Of a stretch of DNA of 64,000 bases, positions 46,228-61,533 are shown piece after piece. Source of the DNA: Pristiophorus japonicus (taxonomy: Eukaryota); NCBI RefSeq assembly GCF_044704955.1, contig NC_091980.1:128092001-128156000 (forward strand), given 5' to 3'. Both the position numbers and the translations under genes were made by a program. Numbering within the stretch: position 1 is the stretch's first letter; every line of letters begins with the position of its first letter. The notes below the pieces were generated by a model. It saw only the letters and a program-made list of their open reading frames with translations, did not search any database and was not told the origin of the DNA.

Positions 46228-46349
46228 ATGCCCAAGAAAATCAGGTTTGACCAAGATCACAACCTATTTCTCAGCAGAAGTCGTTCTTGTTTAATGCAAG
46301 GTCACATGTCATTGATCTGAAAATGTGCTCAGTTATTTAAAGGAAGAAA

Positions 46350-48365
46350 AGGAACTGCAGGGGCTGGAAATCTGAAAGAAAAACAGAAAATGCTGGAAAT
46401 ACTCAACAGGTCAGTCAGCATCTATGGAGAGAGAAACAGAGTTAACGCTTCAGGTCGATGACATTTTGTCGGAACTGGAAAAAGTTAGAGATGTAACAGG
46501 ATTTTAAGCAAGTGCAGAAAGAGGGAAAGGGGTGGGGGAGGGGAGGAAAAAACAAAAGGGAAGGTTTGTGATAGGGTGGAAGGCCGGAGTGATTAAATGA
46601 CAAAAGGTATGAAAGTACAAAGCAAAAGCAGATGGCAATGGGAAAAGTAAAGGAACAAAAGTTGGGTCTAGAAGAGATGTAAATGGGTGCAGCAGGATCA
46701 TCAACAGCCACCAGCTGAAAAAGATAGGAACAGAGGTTTTGGTCTGAAATTGTTGAACTCGATGCTGAGTCCAGAAGACTATAACGTGCCTAATAGAAAG
46801 CTGAGGAGCTTATGTTGAGCTTTGTTGGAACAGAGTAAGAGGCCGATAACAGACAGGTCAGACTGGGAAGGGAACGGAGAATTAAAGTGACAGGCGACCG
46901 GAATTTGCAGACTGAACAGAGGTGTTTTGCAAAGCGGTCACCCAATCTGCATTTGGTCTCCCCAATGCCTACTCTCAACAAGGGCAGATATCGAAGACGA
47001 GGTCCAACGCACCTTCAGTGCAGTCTTCGATTGCCTGAGGAAGAGAGTGTTTCAAGACCAGGACCTCAGACCCAGCACCAAGCTCATTGTCTACAGAGCA
47101 GTGGTAATAACCGCCCTTCTATATGGCTCAGAGACATGGACTGTGTACAGCAGGCATCTCAAAAGACTGGAGAAGCACCACCAATGTTGAATGCGCAAGA
47201 TTCTGCAAATCCATTGGCAGGATAGGCACACCAACATCAGTGTCCTCACTCAGGCCAACATCCCCAGCATCGAAGCATTGACCACACTTGATCAGCTCCG
47301 CTGGACGGACCACATCGTCCGTATGTCTGACATGAGACTCCCAAAACACTTGGAGCTCCTACACGGCAAGTGAGCCGCAGGTGGGCACAAGAAATGCTTC
47401 AAAGCCTCCTTGAAAAGTATATCATCCTCATTGCCACCTGCTAATCCCTGGCCCAAGACCACACAAAGTGGAGGAAACACATCATGAAGGCGCTGAACAC
47501 CTAAATTCTCTTGCTGAGAGCATGCTGAAGCCAATCATCGACAGCGGAAGGAGCGCACAGCAACCCACCCTCCCGTTCCACCACACCACCATCTGCCCCA
47601 CCTGTGACAGAGAATTTACACATCACGTTGAACTCTTCAGTCACCAGAGAACTCATTTTGAGTGTGGAAGCAAGTCATCCTCGACTCCGAGGGACTGTCT
47701 AAGAAGAAAAGAGGATTTGGTCTCCCCGATGTAGCAGAGACCGCATCGTGAGTGTAAAGTGCTGTCCCCTCAGCACAGATTCACACGAGGCATGTAGTGA
47801 AGTCAAGGTCACTCTGGACCTGCACCTTTATTTCACAGCTCTGGAATGCTGCACTTGCCTGAGACCTGTCCTTATATACCTGTCTCTTGCAAGTGCACCC
47901 CTGGTGGTAAGGTATGTTGGTGGTTACAGGTCATATATTATCGTCATGTATAGCATGTTATAATAGTTATATATAATAATGTAAGATACATGACATCGAG
48001 TAGCGAAAACAGTATACTAAATTGCAAGGAGTACAATTAATTCGCTGTTTGAACTGGAAGGAGTGTTTGGTGCTCTGAACAGTGGGAAGAGAGGAGTTAA
48101 AAGGACAGGTGTTGCATCTCCTGCACTTTCATGGGAATGTACTATGGGAAAGGAAGGGGGTCTTTTGGGTGATTGAGGACCAGAGTCACGGCTGCGCAAG
48201 TCACTTCACAATGCTGAAAGGGGAGGGAAAGGGAAGATGTGTTAGCGAGTAGGATTGCTCGAGGTGGCAGAAAAGGCAGAGGATGATTCATTGAATGTGG
48301 ACGCTCGTGGTCGGGAAGGTGAGGACAAGGGGAACTGCATCGTGGATCTGCGAGTGAGGGAAACT
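46350..48365 (-). mobile_element. Penelope-like remnant (paralog of 7600-7816 plus 16070-17290), interrupted by an RTE (46965-47710) and a solo LTR
   Basis: IGETKCRLGDRFAKHL; degenerate hammerhead motif at ~46438-46477. Confidence 0.75.
47753..47995 (-). mobile_element. Solo LTR of the G4 family
   Basis: Highly similar to 41516-41764; flanks gtgag/tcgag; empty site at ~16890. Confidence 0.9.
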
Positions 48366-49362
48366 GGCAGTCCTTCCATAACTTATTCATGTGAGCATTG
48401 ATCATGTTGCCAAGTTATTCTATCATGATCGGAGCAGGAAGAGAAGCTGTCCCAGAACGACCACACGAGGGTATCCACACTAACCAATGAAGCTGTGACA
48501 GCAAGCTGATACCAATTATTGCTTTCCCTCCTCATCCAATTGTTGTCCCCGGGGTTCAATGCACTGACACTGCTGCTCTGCTGACAAAGCTTAACAGGAA
48601 GTCTACAGCAGCAGTGGTGAGTTCAGTTCCTGAACAACCTACAATAATAACTGAACAGGATCTGTAGCAACTCCTGCAGACAAACTGCTATTTCCAGGGC
48701 CAATGCACTTATTAAATAGGATGCAAATCCAGGACTTTTTCTTCACTGATCTGAAATGGTGAGCCTGAGTGGGAAATGTTGCTGGTGTTTAACACATGTT
48801 GCAGCAACTTTTATTTTGTTGTATGGAGTTATCAGTTATGTAATAGCAGAGAGAATGTTCATGAGTGGGAACAGGTATTTTTAATCCGCTGACTAGATAC
48901 CACGCTCTGCCATTCCCTCTCTGAACCTATTTAAGACACTCCTTAAAATTTACCTGTGACCATGCTTTATCCCTCAGTCAATATCTTGTGTGGCTGTTCA
49001 TGGTCTGAATGCACCCTCATCCATTTCACACCCTGCAACAAGTATCTGAATATGCAACTCAAACCCCAGTGGAAAAACAAATTTCATACGACTAAAACCC
49101 ATAACATTGTTGCACAACTCAGTGTGATTCTTGTCTGATGTCAGTCATGTTATTTTTAATTTAACAACCACTCAAACAAACAAGGAGACAAAACCCAGTC
49201 CAATGTTGAACAGTTTATTTACAGTTATGTTACATTTCACCAAGAGCCTCGGTCTCACAGATCTTTGTCCAACATTGCAAGCCTTCATTCCCTACAGAAC
49301 AGGTATCCCAGTTATTATACATACAAGTACTAAACACAATAAGCTTGATCCCATCAGACAGT

Positions 49363-52065
<2,703 letters not shown>

Positions 52066-52409
52066 CTTGATTCTTTTTCCCAAAACTAACGTTTGTTGAG
52101 ATTTAACCAACCGCAAACTCCTGTATTTATACTGCTGGATAATCCAGGGTGTGGCAGGTTAGATGATAAGTGACATTCCTCATTACCCAATCAGGAGTTG
52201 CAGCCTCTCAGAGCACCAATCAACTAAAGGGAGGAGGGGAGCTGGACTCCCAGAGCCAGTCAGATCTTTAAAGAATGAGCATCATTGGCTGACAACTCAA
52301 TGAGGATCTCAATTGTCCTAACTTTCCTCAAACACAGTTCAAATATTCAGAATCACAGGTTTAAAGGAATCCTCTACTCTTTAGGCTAATCAATTGGGAA
52401 AAAAATTAA

Positions 52410-52700
52410 ACCATGTGTCCCCTTTATAAAGATGAATAAACAATAAGTTCCAAATATGACAAAACTAACAAGCACTTTTCAAATTATAATTTAGTTCCCT
52501 GTATCCACGCTGCACTCCAGTCCCTCTGGTGCCCACCGTTCATGGAAAGCCTCCAACATACCGGCAGACACCGCGTGCTCCCTCTCCAGGGACACCCAGG
52601 CACGGACATAGCCGCAGAAGATAGACAGGCAGACGGAGAGAACACCCCATCGACTGTCTCTGCCTGGACCAGTTAATGGCCACCTTGAAAGGTTCATTGA
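52410..52700 (-). mobile_element. Old Tx1 3' remnant (paralog of 27925-28215)
   Basis: VSLEREHAVSAGMLEAFHERWAPEGLEC. Confidence 0.8.
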
Positions 52701-53029
52701 ATCCTCTGTTGTTTGCGAGTTAGTGTCTTTTTAATAGTTCTGGATGGTTCTGTGAGTTGGTTATTTGCGGGTATCTGCGGATTTGCTGCAACATCCAACA
52801 GATCAGTGAGTGTGCAAAGCAACCAACAGTGGGTCAGATGAATTCAAAGTACTCATGATCAATATGTCAAACCCATATTCCAGATGCTCAGATACTCCAT
52901 CACTTCCAAGTTTAGTGAGCACCTGTACACACATCAGTTAGAATGTGGAAGGGACCATAGGATGTTCAGTTCGTGTTTTTTATCATTACATTTTAGAAGC
53001 AATGAAATAGACTGCAGGCCAAAAAGGAA

Positions 53030-53482
53030 GACTTGCATTTATATAGCACCTTTCACAATCTCAGGCTGACCCTGACTGCTTCACAGCCAATGAAGTACCT
53101 TTTGAAGCACAGTGACTCTTGTAATGTAGAAAATATGGCAGACAATTTGCACGCAGCAAGGCCCCACAAACAGCAAGGTGAACATGACCACATTTTCTGT
53201 TCTCAGTAACATTGGTTGAGGAATAAATATTGGGCAGGTCACCGGGGATAACTCCCCTGCTCTTCTTCAAAGTATTGCTATGGGATCTGTTATGTCCAGC
53301 TCAGAGGGCAGTCAGGGCCACGGTTGAACATCTCATCTGAAAAACGACAACTCCGACAGAGCAGCACTCCCTCATGACTGCACTGTAGTGTCAGCCGAGA
53401 TTCTGTGTTCACATCTCTGGAGTGGGGACTTGAGCCCACAACCTTCTCACTCAGAGACGAGAGTGCTACCCACTGAGTCCAC
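53030..53482 (-). mobile_element. SacSINE1-like SINE (paralog of 5785-6235)
   Basis: tRNA-like head near 53480; aligns with the copy upstream of ferritin 1. Confidence 0.7.
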
Positions 53483-53929
53483 CTGACTGATCCCCGAAAC
53501 TAAAAGCTCTCAGTTACCCACTCTGCCAATAACTAACTCAATCATCTGTGAAATCTCCAATTTATCTGCCTCCGGTGATCGCATTCTCATCTCCCATGGA
53601 ATAACATGTGTTAGAGCTGAGCGCAGAGAGAGGTTGGGAAATATGAAACAAGATTGATACAAACAGCAGGAGCTTGAGCCAAGTGCTGCACAGCAAGGGG
53701 AAGACAGGCTGAAGAGATGGAGAAAGCAGCCAGGTAACTGTAAAAGGAACTACTGGAGATTTGGTCTCATTGCTTTGAACTTCGTAACATGCCCAAGTTT
53801 GGATGTCACTGGCAAGGCCGACATTCATTGCCTATCCCTAGTTGCCCTGAGAAGGTGCTGGTGAGACTCCTTCTTTGAACCATGTTCAGGTACTCAATGG
53901 TTGAGAGACACCTTGCTCGGTCACTTCAG

Positions 53930-55197
53930 AGAACGTTTGTTGGAATTTTTTGAGGCTGTAACAAACAGGATGGATAAAGGGGAACCAGTGGATGTGGTGT
54001 ATTTGGAATTCCAGAAGGTATTTGACAAGGTGTCACATAAAAGGTTATTGCACAAGATAAAAGTTCACAGGGTTGGAGGTAATATATTAGCATGGATAGA
54101 GGATTGGCTAACTAACAGAAAACAGAGAGTTGAGATAAATGGTTCATTCTCTGGTTGGCAATCAATAACTAGTGGGGTGTCGCAGTGATCTGTGCTGGGC
54201 CGCCAACTATTTACAATCTATATTAACGACTTGGAAGAAGGGACTGAGTGTAACGTAGCCAAGTTTGCTGATGATACAAAGATGGGAGGAAAAGCAATGT
54301 GTGAGGAGGACACAAAAATACATAGGCAGGCTAAGTGAATGGGGAAAATTTGACAGATGGAGTATAATGTTGGAAAGTGTGAGGTCATGTACTTTGGCAA
54401 AAAAAAAATCAAAGAGCAATATCTTATTTAAATGGAGAAAGATTGCAAAGTGCTTCAGTACAGTGGGACCTGGGGATACTTGTGCATGAAACACAAAAGG
54501 ATAGTATGCATGTATAGCACGTGATTAGGAAGGCCAATGGAATCTTGGCCTTTATTGCAAAGGGGATGGAGTATAAAAGCAGGGAAGTCTTACGACAGCT
54601 ATACAGGGTATTGCTGAGGCCACACCTAGAATACTGCATGCAGTTTTGGTCACCTTACTTACGGAAGGATATACGAGCTTTGTACGGGGTACAGAGACTA
54701 TTCTCTCGGCTGATTCCGCAGATGAGGGGGTTAGCTTATGATGATAGATTGAGTAGACTGGATGTTTACTCGTTGGAGTTCAGAAGGATGAGGGGTGATC
54801 TTATAGAAACATTTAAGATAATGAAAGGGATAGAAAAGATAGAGGCAGAGAGGTTGTTTCCACTGGTCGGGGAGACTAGAACTAGGGGGCACAGCCTCAA
54901 AATACGGGGGAGTCAATTTAAAACCGAGTTGAGAAGGAATTTCTTCTCCCAGAGGGTTGTGAATCTGTGGAATTCTCTGCCCAAAGAAGCAGTTGAGGCT
55001 AGCTCATTGAATGTATTCAAATCACAGATAGATATATTTTTAACCAAAAAGGGAAATTAAGGGTTACGGGGAGCGGGCGGGTAAGTGGAGCTGAGTCCAC
55101 GGCCAGATCAGCCATGATCTTGTTGAATGGCGGAGCAGACTCGAGGGGCTAGATGGCCTACTCCTGTTCCTAATTCTTATGTTCTTATGTTCTTATA
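53930..55197 (+). mobile_element. CR1 LINE 3' fragment
   Basis: KFADDTK and RPHLEYC motifs; (ttcttatg)n tail. Confidence 0.9.
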
Positions 55198-55469
55198 GGA
55201 TTGGAAAGGATGGTTGCACCTATTTTCTATGTTTCTATCGACAACATTTGAATCCATTCATGGATGAGAAGGGGACAAACAGATATCCAGTAGGATTGGA
55301 AAGGATGATTGCCATTTCGTATGAAAAGCACAATGGAATGAAATACAAATGGATACATTTATGGAGGAGCTGCTGGTATTGGATTTATAAATTGATGGAA
55401 CAGACATGGGGGAGGGGAGAACGGGGGTGGAAAAGTTTCAAGAGAAGTATCTATTCAGCTAATTAATTA

Positions 55470-55745
55470 AATAAACCTGGAATAAAAAGCCAGTGTCAGT
55501 ACTGGTGATCATGAAATGAGCAGATTGTCATAAAACCCATGTGTTTCTCAAATCTCCTTTTAGGGAAACAAACCTGCCGTGCTTACCCAGTCTGGCCTAT
55601 ATGTGAGTCCATGCCCACAGCAAAATGTTTGATTATCAACTGCCCTCTGAAATGGCCCAGTAAGGCATTCAGTGCTGCAAGGTGGTTCAACTTCAAGGGC
55701 AATTAGAGATGGGCAATAAATGCTGGCCTTGAGCTCAGACATTGC
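55470..55745 (+). mobile_element. HE1-like SINE 3' part
   Basis: 'caagggcaattagagatgggcaataaatgctggcc' tail. Confidence 0.6.
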
Positions 55746-56274
55746 TGGTCTGTATGGCAGTTACTTGCTCTTTTCCCACACAGCTCAAGAGGAAGTCTAT
55801 AGCAGCAGTGGTATGTTTAGTTTCTGAGTTACCCGCAGTAATAACTCTGAATGCAAAGAGCACAGATGTATTTAGGTGGGAAGCTAGATAAACACATGAG
55901 GCAGAAAGGTATAGAAGGATATGCTCATAGGTCGAGATGAAGTGGGGAGTGAGGAGACTCACATGGAGCTTAAAATACATGTATGGCCCAGTTGGGCTGA
56001 ATGGTCTTTTTCTGTGCTGTAAATTCAATATAATTCTTAAAACACAGGCACCTGTGATGTTTTTCAAATCAACTGAGCTGAAGACTTTGTCAGAAACAGG
56101 AAGTCGTCAAATCCATCAGTCGCAAACCCAGGCCGACTGATGGAATTGTGGCTCATCAATATATGAAATTTTGTGACATCGATACCCGAAAAGTGCCTTT
56201 GAGAGTCGCAAAGACATTAACATGGAATGGCTGAAAATGGCAGTTTAATTGCAAAGAATACAGTGAATCGTCTC

Positions 56275-56494
56275 TGTACTCACTCCTGAGCTTGTATATC
56301 CTTCCTTAAGTAAGGTGACCAAAACTGCACGCAATACTCCAGGTGCGGCCTCACCAATACCCTATACAGTTGCAGCAGGACCTCCCTTTTTTTGTACTCC
56401 ATCACTCTCGCAATGAAGGCCAACATTCCATTCGCCTTCCTGATTACCTGCTGCACCTGCAAACTAACTTTTTTTTGGGATTCATGCACAAGGA
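56275..56494 (-). mobile_element. CR1 RT C-terminal fragment
   Basis: HESQKKVSLQVQQVIRKANGMLAFI...RPHLEYCVQFWSP. Confidence 0.85.
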
Positions 56495-56497
56495 GGG

Positions 56498-56589
56498 AGC
56501 TGTGTGGTGCAATGGATAGCGCATTGGACTTCTAATTAGTATGTTTGTAAAGCATTCAAAAGTTGAGGGTTCGAGTCCCCCTAGAGTCA
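56498..56589 (+). tRNA. tRNA-Arg(TCT)-like copy with a 19-nt intron (56535-56553); probably a pseudogene or retrocopy
   Basis: AGCTGTGTGGTGCAATGGATAGCGCATTGGACTTCTA[intron]ATTCAAAAGTTGAGGGTTCGAGTCCCCCTAGAGTCA resembles vertebrate intron-containing tRNA-Arg-TCT; mismatches in the acceptor and T stems. Confidence 0.8.
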
Positions 56590-56595
56590 GATTTA

Positions 56596-56868
56596 TGCAT
56601 CATCACGCCCGGCAACCAAATTTTAATTTGATTTTACGTTTTAAAATTTAATTTGTTTTAATTGCCAGTGCTTTTAGTGTCCCCCTTCCCTTTTATAGGG
56701 GGCACTGGGGAAAAATTGTGATTTTAGTGCCCAAAAAAAAAAACAAAAAAAAAACACAAAAAAAAAACAAAAAAAAAGGAAAAAAAGGGCCTTGTAAATG
56801 TCTGGTGTGTCACCCAGCTCGGGTGGCATGGTTTAATGTTTTGTTTTACAGATAAACTCTAAAAGAGT
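56596..56868 (+). mobile_element. Tx1 3' tail fused to the tRNA copy
   Basis: Near-identical direct repeat of 61109-61383. Confidence 0.85.
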
Positions 56869-59800
56869 TTCACGCACAAGGACCAATCGTGGAGCAGTGG
56901 AGGCGTGTCCTGCACAGTAGGAGCTGAGCTGCTGAGAGAGGAGCAGCTATCAACCTTAGCTCCTGCCTGGAAGGCCTAGAGAGCCCTGAGACCAGCCCAG
57001 GAAGAGGAGGAAAGGGCTAGCTTGCTACCCATTCAACATCCGGAGGGAGCGGAGGAGCACAGAAACAATTTAACATTTAATACAACTACAGAGAGTTGGA
57101 GAGAGGGGGAAAAACAACAACCTGTGTGGAAGGAGGGACAGTCTACAACATTCTACAGGTGGGTGTTGGTGCATTTCCCCGTAAAGACTTTGCTGTATCG
57201 GTGGGGGGAGGAAAGAAGACCACTTAGGGCCGGAACATCGCGGTGGGTGTGTGTGGGTGGAAGTGTGTGTGGGGGCCTTGCTTACAACTAGGCCCACACA
57301 CAATTGACCCCCCCCCCCCAATTGCCTAGCCTGGGAGAGCTGGAGCTACCAGGCTGAAGATTTTATTTACCACCTCTTTAAACATCGTTAGGAGTGTGTG
57401 CCTGGTGGCTCTAGCTGCCCCAGGTGAAGACATCTTCTCCCCTCACCTGAAGACCACCCCAAAGACTATTGTGTGTTTTGCCATCTGGGGATTGCACCCA
57501 CCCACAGCTGCGAGGGGAGACCTGCCCTCGCAGTCCCCCCCCCTTCCCACCCCCCTCTCTCTTTCTCTGTTACTCTCTGTTTCTCCCCTCTCTCTCTGAG
57601 AGCCCTTTTTCTCCCAAATTAATTGAGAAAAAACAATTGAGACAACTGAGCAGAGGGAGCAAGGCCCCTCCCCAATTGCCAACTAGGGGAGAGGTGTGCC
57701 TCGTTAAGAGCTCCTCTGCTCAGTCTTACTATAAGAGGCCAATTAAGACCATTAAGGCCTGTGACTTTGGGGTGGGTGTAGCCCTTAAAGGGACCCCGTG
57801 ATGGCGACCCCATCCACGCCGGTGGCAGGGCCAGCGAAGACATATGCGCAGGTGGCAACCGCTTCCACGGCACCTCCTGCGCCACCCGCTGCCCTGCCAC
57901 CATTCAGACTTATTACAAAAAAACACGGGGTCAAGAGCTACACTCACCCCACAATGAGCATCGAGGAGTGCGTGCGGGCGATGGCTGGGGTAGTCGGCCC
58001 CTCGGCCATTGTCGCAGCCTCCAAGATGTCTGGGAAGGCCGTGTTCTTCCTGGGGTCGGAGCGGGCGGTGTCCCTGGCCCTTGAAAAGGGGCTCACGGTG
58101 GGCGGGACGTTCCTGCCGGTGGACTCTCTCGAGGCCACCGCGCAGAGGGTCATCATTTCAAACGTCCCGCCCTTTGTTCCCGCTGAGCTCCTCCTCCCTC
58201 ACCTACACCAACTGGGTCAAGTCGTCCAGGACCCGGCCCTGCGGACGGTGTACGAAGCGAAGAAGGCCGCGCTGAAGGACCTGCAGCTCGACGGGTCCCG
58301 AGGCGCATTCGTGAGGTCGCGGATCCGGTTCCTGCGGGATCTGGACCGCGGCTCCCCCTTCTTCTACTCGCTGGAAAAAAGGCAGAGTGTCCGTAAGCAG
58401 CTCTTGACGCTGCTGGCCGACGACGGCTCTTTCGACTCGGATCCGGAGGGCGTCAACAACAGGGCCCGTGAATATTACGGGGCTCTGTTCTCTCCGGATC
58501 CGTCCAGCGAGGAAGCGCGTAGAGTTTTGTGGGAGGACCTGCCGAAGGTCAGCCCGGAGGGCGCCGAAAATCTGGAAGCTCCGCTAAGCCTGGCGGAGCT
58601 GACCGGTGCCCTCGACCGGCTCTCGAGGGGAAAATCCCCGGGGCTGGACGGGCTGACCGTGGAGTTCCACAGTGCGTTCTGGGACGTCCTGGGGAGCGAC
58701 TATGCGCGGGTCTTGGGAGAAAGTCTGGCGACCGGGGAGATGCCCCTCTCTTGGCGCAGGACAGTCATCGTCCTGCTGCCTAAGAAGGGCGATCTCCGCC
58801 TCCTTAAGAACTGGCGCCCGGTCTCCCTCCTCAGCACGGACTACAAAATCTTCGCCAGGGCGATGTCTGCTCGCCTTGGTGCCGTGCTGGACCACATGAT
58901 CCACCCCGACCAGTCCTACACGGTCCCGGGCCGGACAATCCACGACAACATCCATCTGGTCCGGGACCTCATCCATTGTTCCCAGGAGGCTGGTCTGTCG
59001 GTCGCCTTCCTATCCCTCGACCAAGAGAAGGCGTTCGACAGGGTGGATCACGACTATCTGCTCGGAACTCTGCGCGCTTTCGGGTTCGGGACGCATTTCG
59101 TCGCCCGGATCCGACTTTTGTACGCCGCCGTGGAGTGTCTGATTAAGGGTAACGGGTCCTTGACGGCGCCCCTTCGCTTTGGGAGAGGGGTGCGCCAGGG
59201 ATGCCCCATGTCCGGCCAGTTATACGCCGTTTGCGTGGAGCCTTTCCTGCGCCTCCTGCGGACGAGGTTGATGGGACTGGCTCTGCAAGGGCCGGGCGTG
59301 GAGGTCGTCCTCTCGGCTTACGCCGATGACGTGCTCCTCGCGGTAGAGGATCCCGCTGACCTGCGGAGGATGCGTGAGTGCCAGGAGATTTACTCGGCCT
59401 CGTCCTCCGCCAGGATCAACTGGGAGAAATGTTCCGGACTCCTGGTGGGTCAGTGGCGGGTGGACTCCCTGCCGGAGGAGCTCAGGCCTTTTGCCTGGAG
59501 CACGACCCATCTCCTCTATCTGGGAGTCTACCTTAGCCCCGACGAGGGAGCCTGGCCGGCGAACTGGCAGGAGCTGGAGGCCAAGGTCGCCGCTCGCCTA
59601 GGGCGCTGGACAGGACTGCTCCGAGTGCTGTCCTACAGGGGTCGAGCGCTAGTCATAAACCAGCTGGTGGCTGCAATGTTGTGGTACCGGCTGGTCACTT
59701 TGACCCTTCCCCCTGCGTTTGTCGCCAAGATACAGAAGAAGCTGGTGGACTTCTTCTGGAACAACAGGAAGCACTGGGTCTCTGCTGCGGTCTTGAGTCT

Positions 59801-61383
59801 CCCGCTTGAGGAGGGCGGTCAGTCGTTGGTGTGCGTCAGCGCCCAGCTCGCGACTTTCCGTCTTCAGACCCTGCAGAGATACCTTTACGTCGAGCCCCCT
59901 CCTAGGTGGTGTGCTCTGGCGACGTATTTCTTCCGCCAGCAGCGCGACCTCAATTACGACACGCAGCTCCTGTTTGTGAACTTGGGGGGTGTCAGGACCG
60001 CCCTCCGGGAGCTGCCTGTCTTTTACAGGGAACTCATCAGGGTCTGGAACAAAGTCTCCACCAAGCGCAGCTCTCCGCCGGCTGGAGTGGCGGCCGTCCT
60101 GCAGGAGCCGCTGCTCGGAATCCGTATCTCCACGACCGAGGTTTTATGTGGCGGTCGGAAAAGAGGGCTGTGGCTGGTGAGGTGACCAGGGTCAGGGACC
60201 TGCTCGATGGCGGAGGAGCAGGCTGGATGGCGCCAGACACGCTGGCACGGCGCCTAAATTCTGCCAACGTCCGCCACACGGCCGATGCCATCGAGTCGCT
60301 AAAAACAGCTCTGGGCCTTGACTCCGTTAGGTGCATCGAGGAGGCTCAAGCACGTGGGGAGATCCCGTCCGAACTGACCCCCGTCCGGACGGAATTCCTC
60401 ATCGGCGCCAAACCCCGGAACCTCCCTCGGGGGCCGGCGCCTCACAACTTGAGCCGCCTCGGGGAAATCCCCTCCGTGCCTTTCAGTTCCGCGCGGAGGG
60501 GTTTCTTGTACGGGCTGCTCCTGCACACTCTCAACTTTGCCATCCTCGCCTGCCGTCCGGACACGCCATGGCGTACCATCTTGCCGTCCGGAGGAGGCAG
60601 GGGTCCCCGATGGAGGGCACTCTACGCAGGGGTCCTCCCACTATTCGTCAGGGACTTGGCCTGGAGGGTGGTGCACGGAGCAATGCCGTGCAACAAATTT
60701 TTAAGCCGGTTCACGGACTCCCAGGCCGCCTGCAATTTCTGCGGTCTGGAGGAGTCCGTGTTCCATGTTTTTATTGAGTGCACGAGGTTGCAGCCCCTGT
60801 TCCATTATTTGAAGGGGCTGCTCCTGAAATTCTGGCTGCACTTCAGTCCCACTCTCCTGATCTTTGAGCAACCTGTGCGGAGGGGAGCGGGTAGGTCCGA
60901 AGGCCTCCTCGTAGGACTGCTCCTGGGCAGGGCCAAGGGTGCCATCAGCCGGTCCAGGCAGCGGGCGGTCGAGGGGGTCGTTCAACCTGACTGCCTGCCT
61001 CTCTTCCGCTCTTACATCCGGTCCAGGGTGTCCTTGGAGATGGAGCACGCGGTGTCCACCGGTATGCTCGCGGCCTTCCGCGAGAGGTGGGCACCGGAGG
61101 GACTGGAGTGCATCATCACGCCCGGCAACCAAATTTTAATTTGATTTTACGTTTTAAAGTTTAATTTGTTTTAATTGCCAGTGCTTTTAGTGTCCCCTTC
61201 CCTTTTATAGGGGGCACTGGGGAAAAATTGTGATTTTAGTGCCCAAAAGAAAAAAAACAAAAAAAAGAAAAACACAAAGAAAAACAAAAAAAGGAAAAAA
61301 AGGGCCTTGTAAATGTCTGGTGTGTCACCCAGTTCGGGTGGCATGGTTTAATGTTTTGTTTTACAGATAAACTCTAAAAGAGT
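56869..61383 (+). mobile_element. Young Tx1-clade (L1 group) non-LTR retrotransposon with an internal deletion
   Basis: GC/CpG-rich; ORF1 N-terminus, RT and C-terminal zinc finger (CNFCGLEESVFHVFIEC); A-rich 3' UTR; outer boundaries are inferred. Confidence 0.88.
57798..61144 (+). CDS. Tx1 ORF1(N-term)-ORF2(RT) in-frame fusion lacking the endonuclease; one frameshift at ~60117
   Basis: ORF 57798-60185 joins KTYAQV/VIISNVPPFV (ORF1) at ~58217 to KSPGLDGL, WRPVSLL, LDQEKAFD, QGCPMS and YADD; continues in ORF 59906-61144. Confidence 0.8.
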
Positions 61384-61533
61384 TTCATGCACAAGGACCA
61401 ATGGTGGAGCTTTGGAGGCGTGGCCTATTCAGTTGGAGCTCTGCTGTTGTGAGAGAAGGAACTCCCTGCTTTAGCTCCTGTCTGGAAGGCCTGGAGTGAA
61501 CCCAGAGAACAGCCCAGGAAGAGGAGGAGAGGG

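Noticed and set aside
56498-56589. Functional tRNA-Arg gene
   Set aside because: Acceptor and T-stem mismatches and no clean T4 terminator immediately downstream; kept as a probable pseudogene
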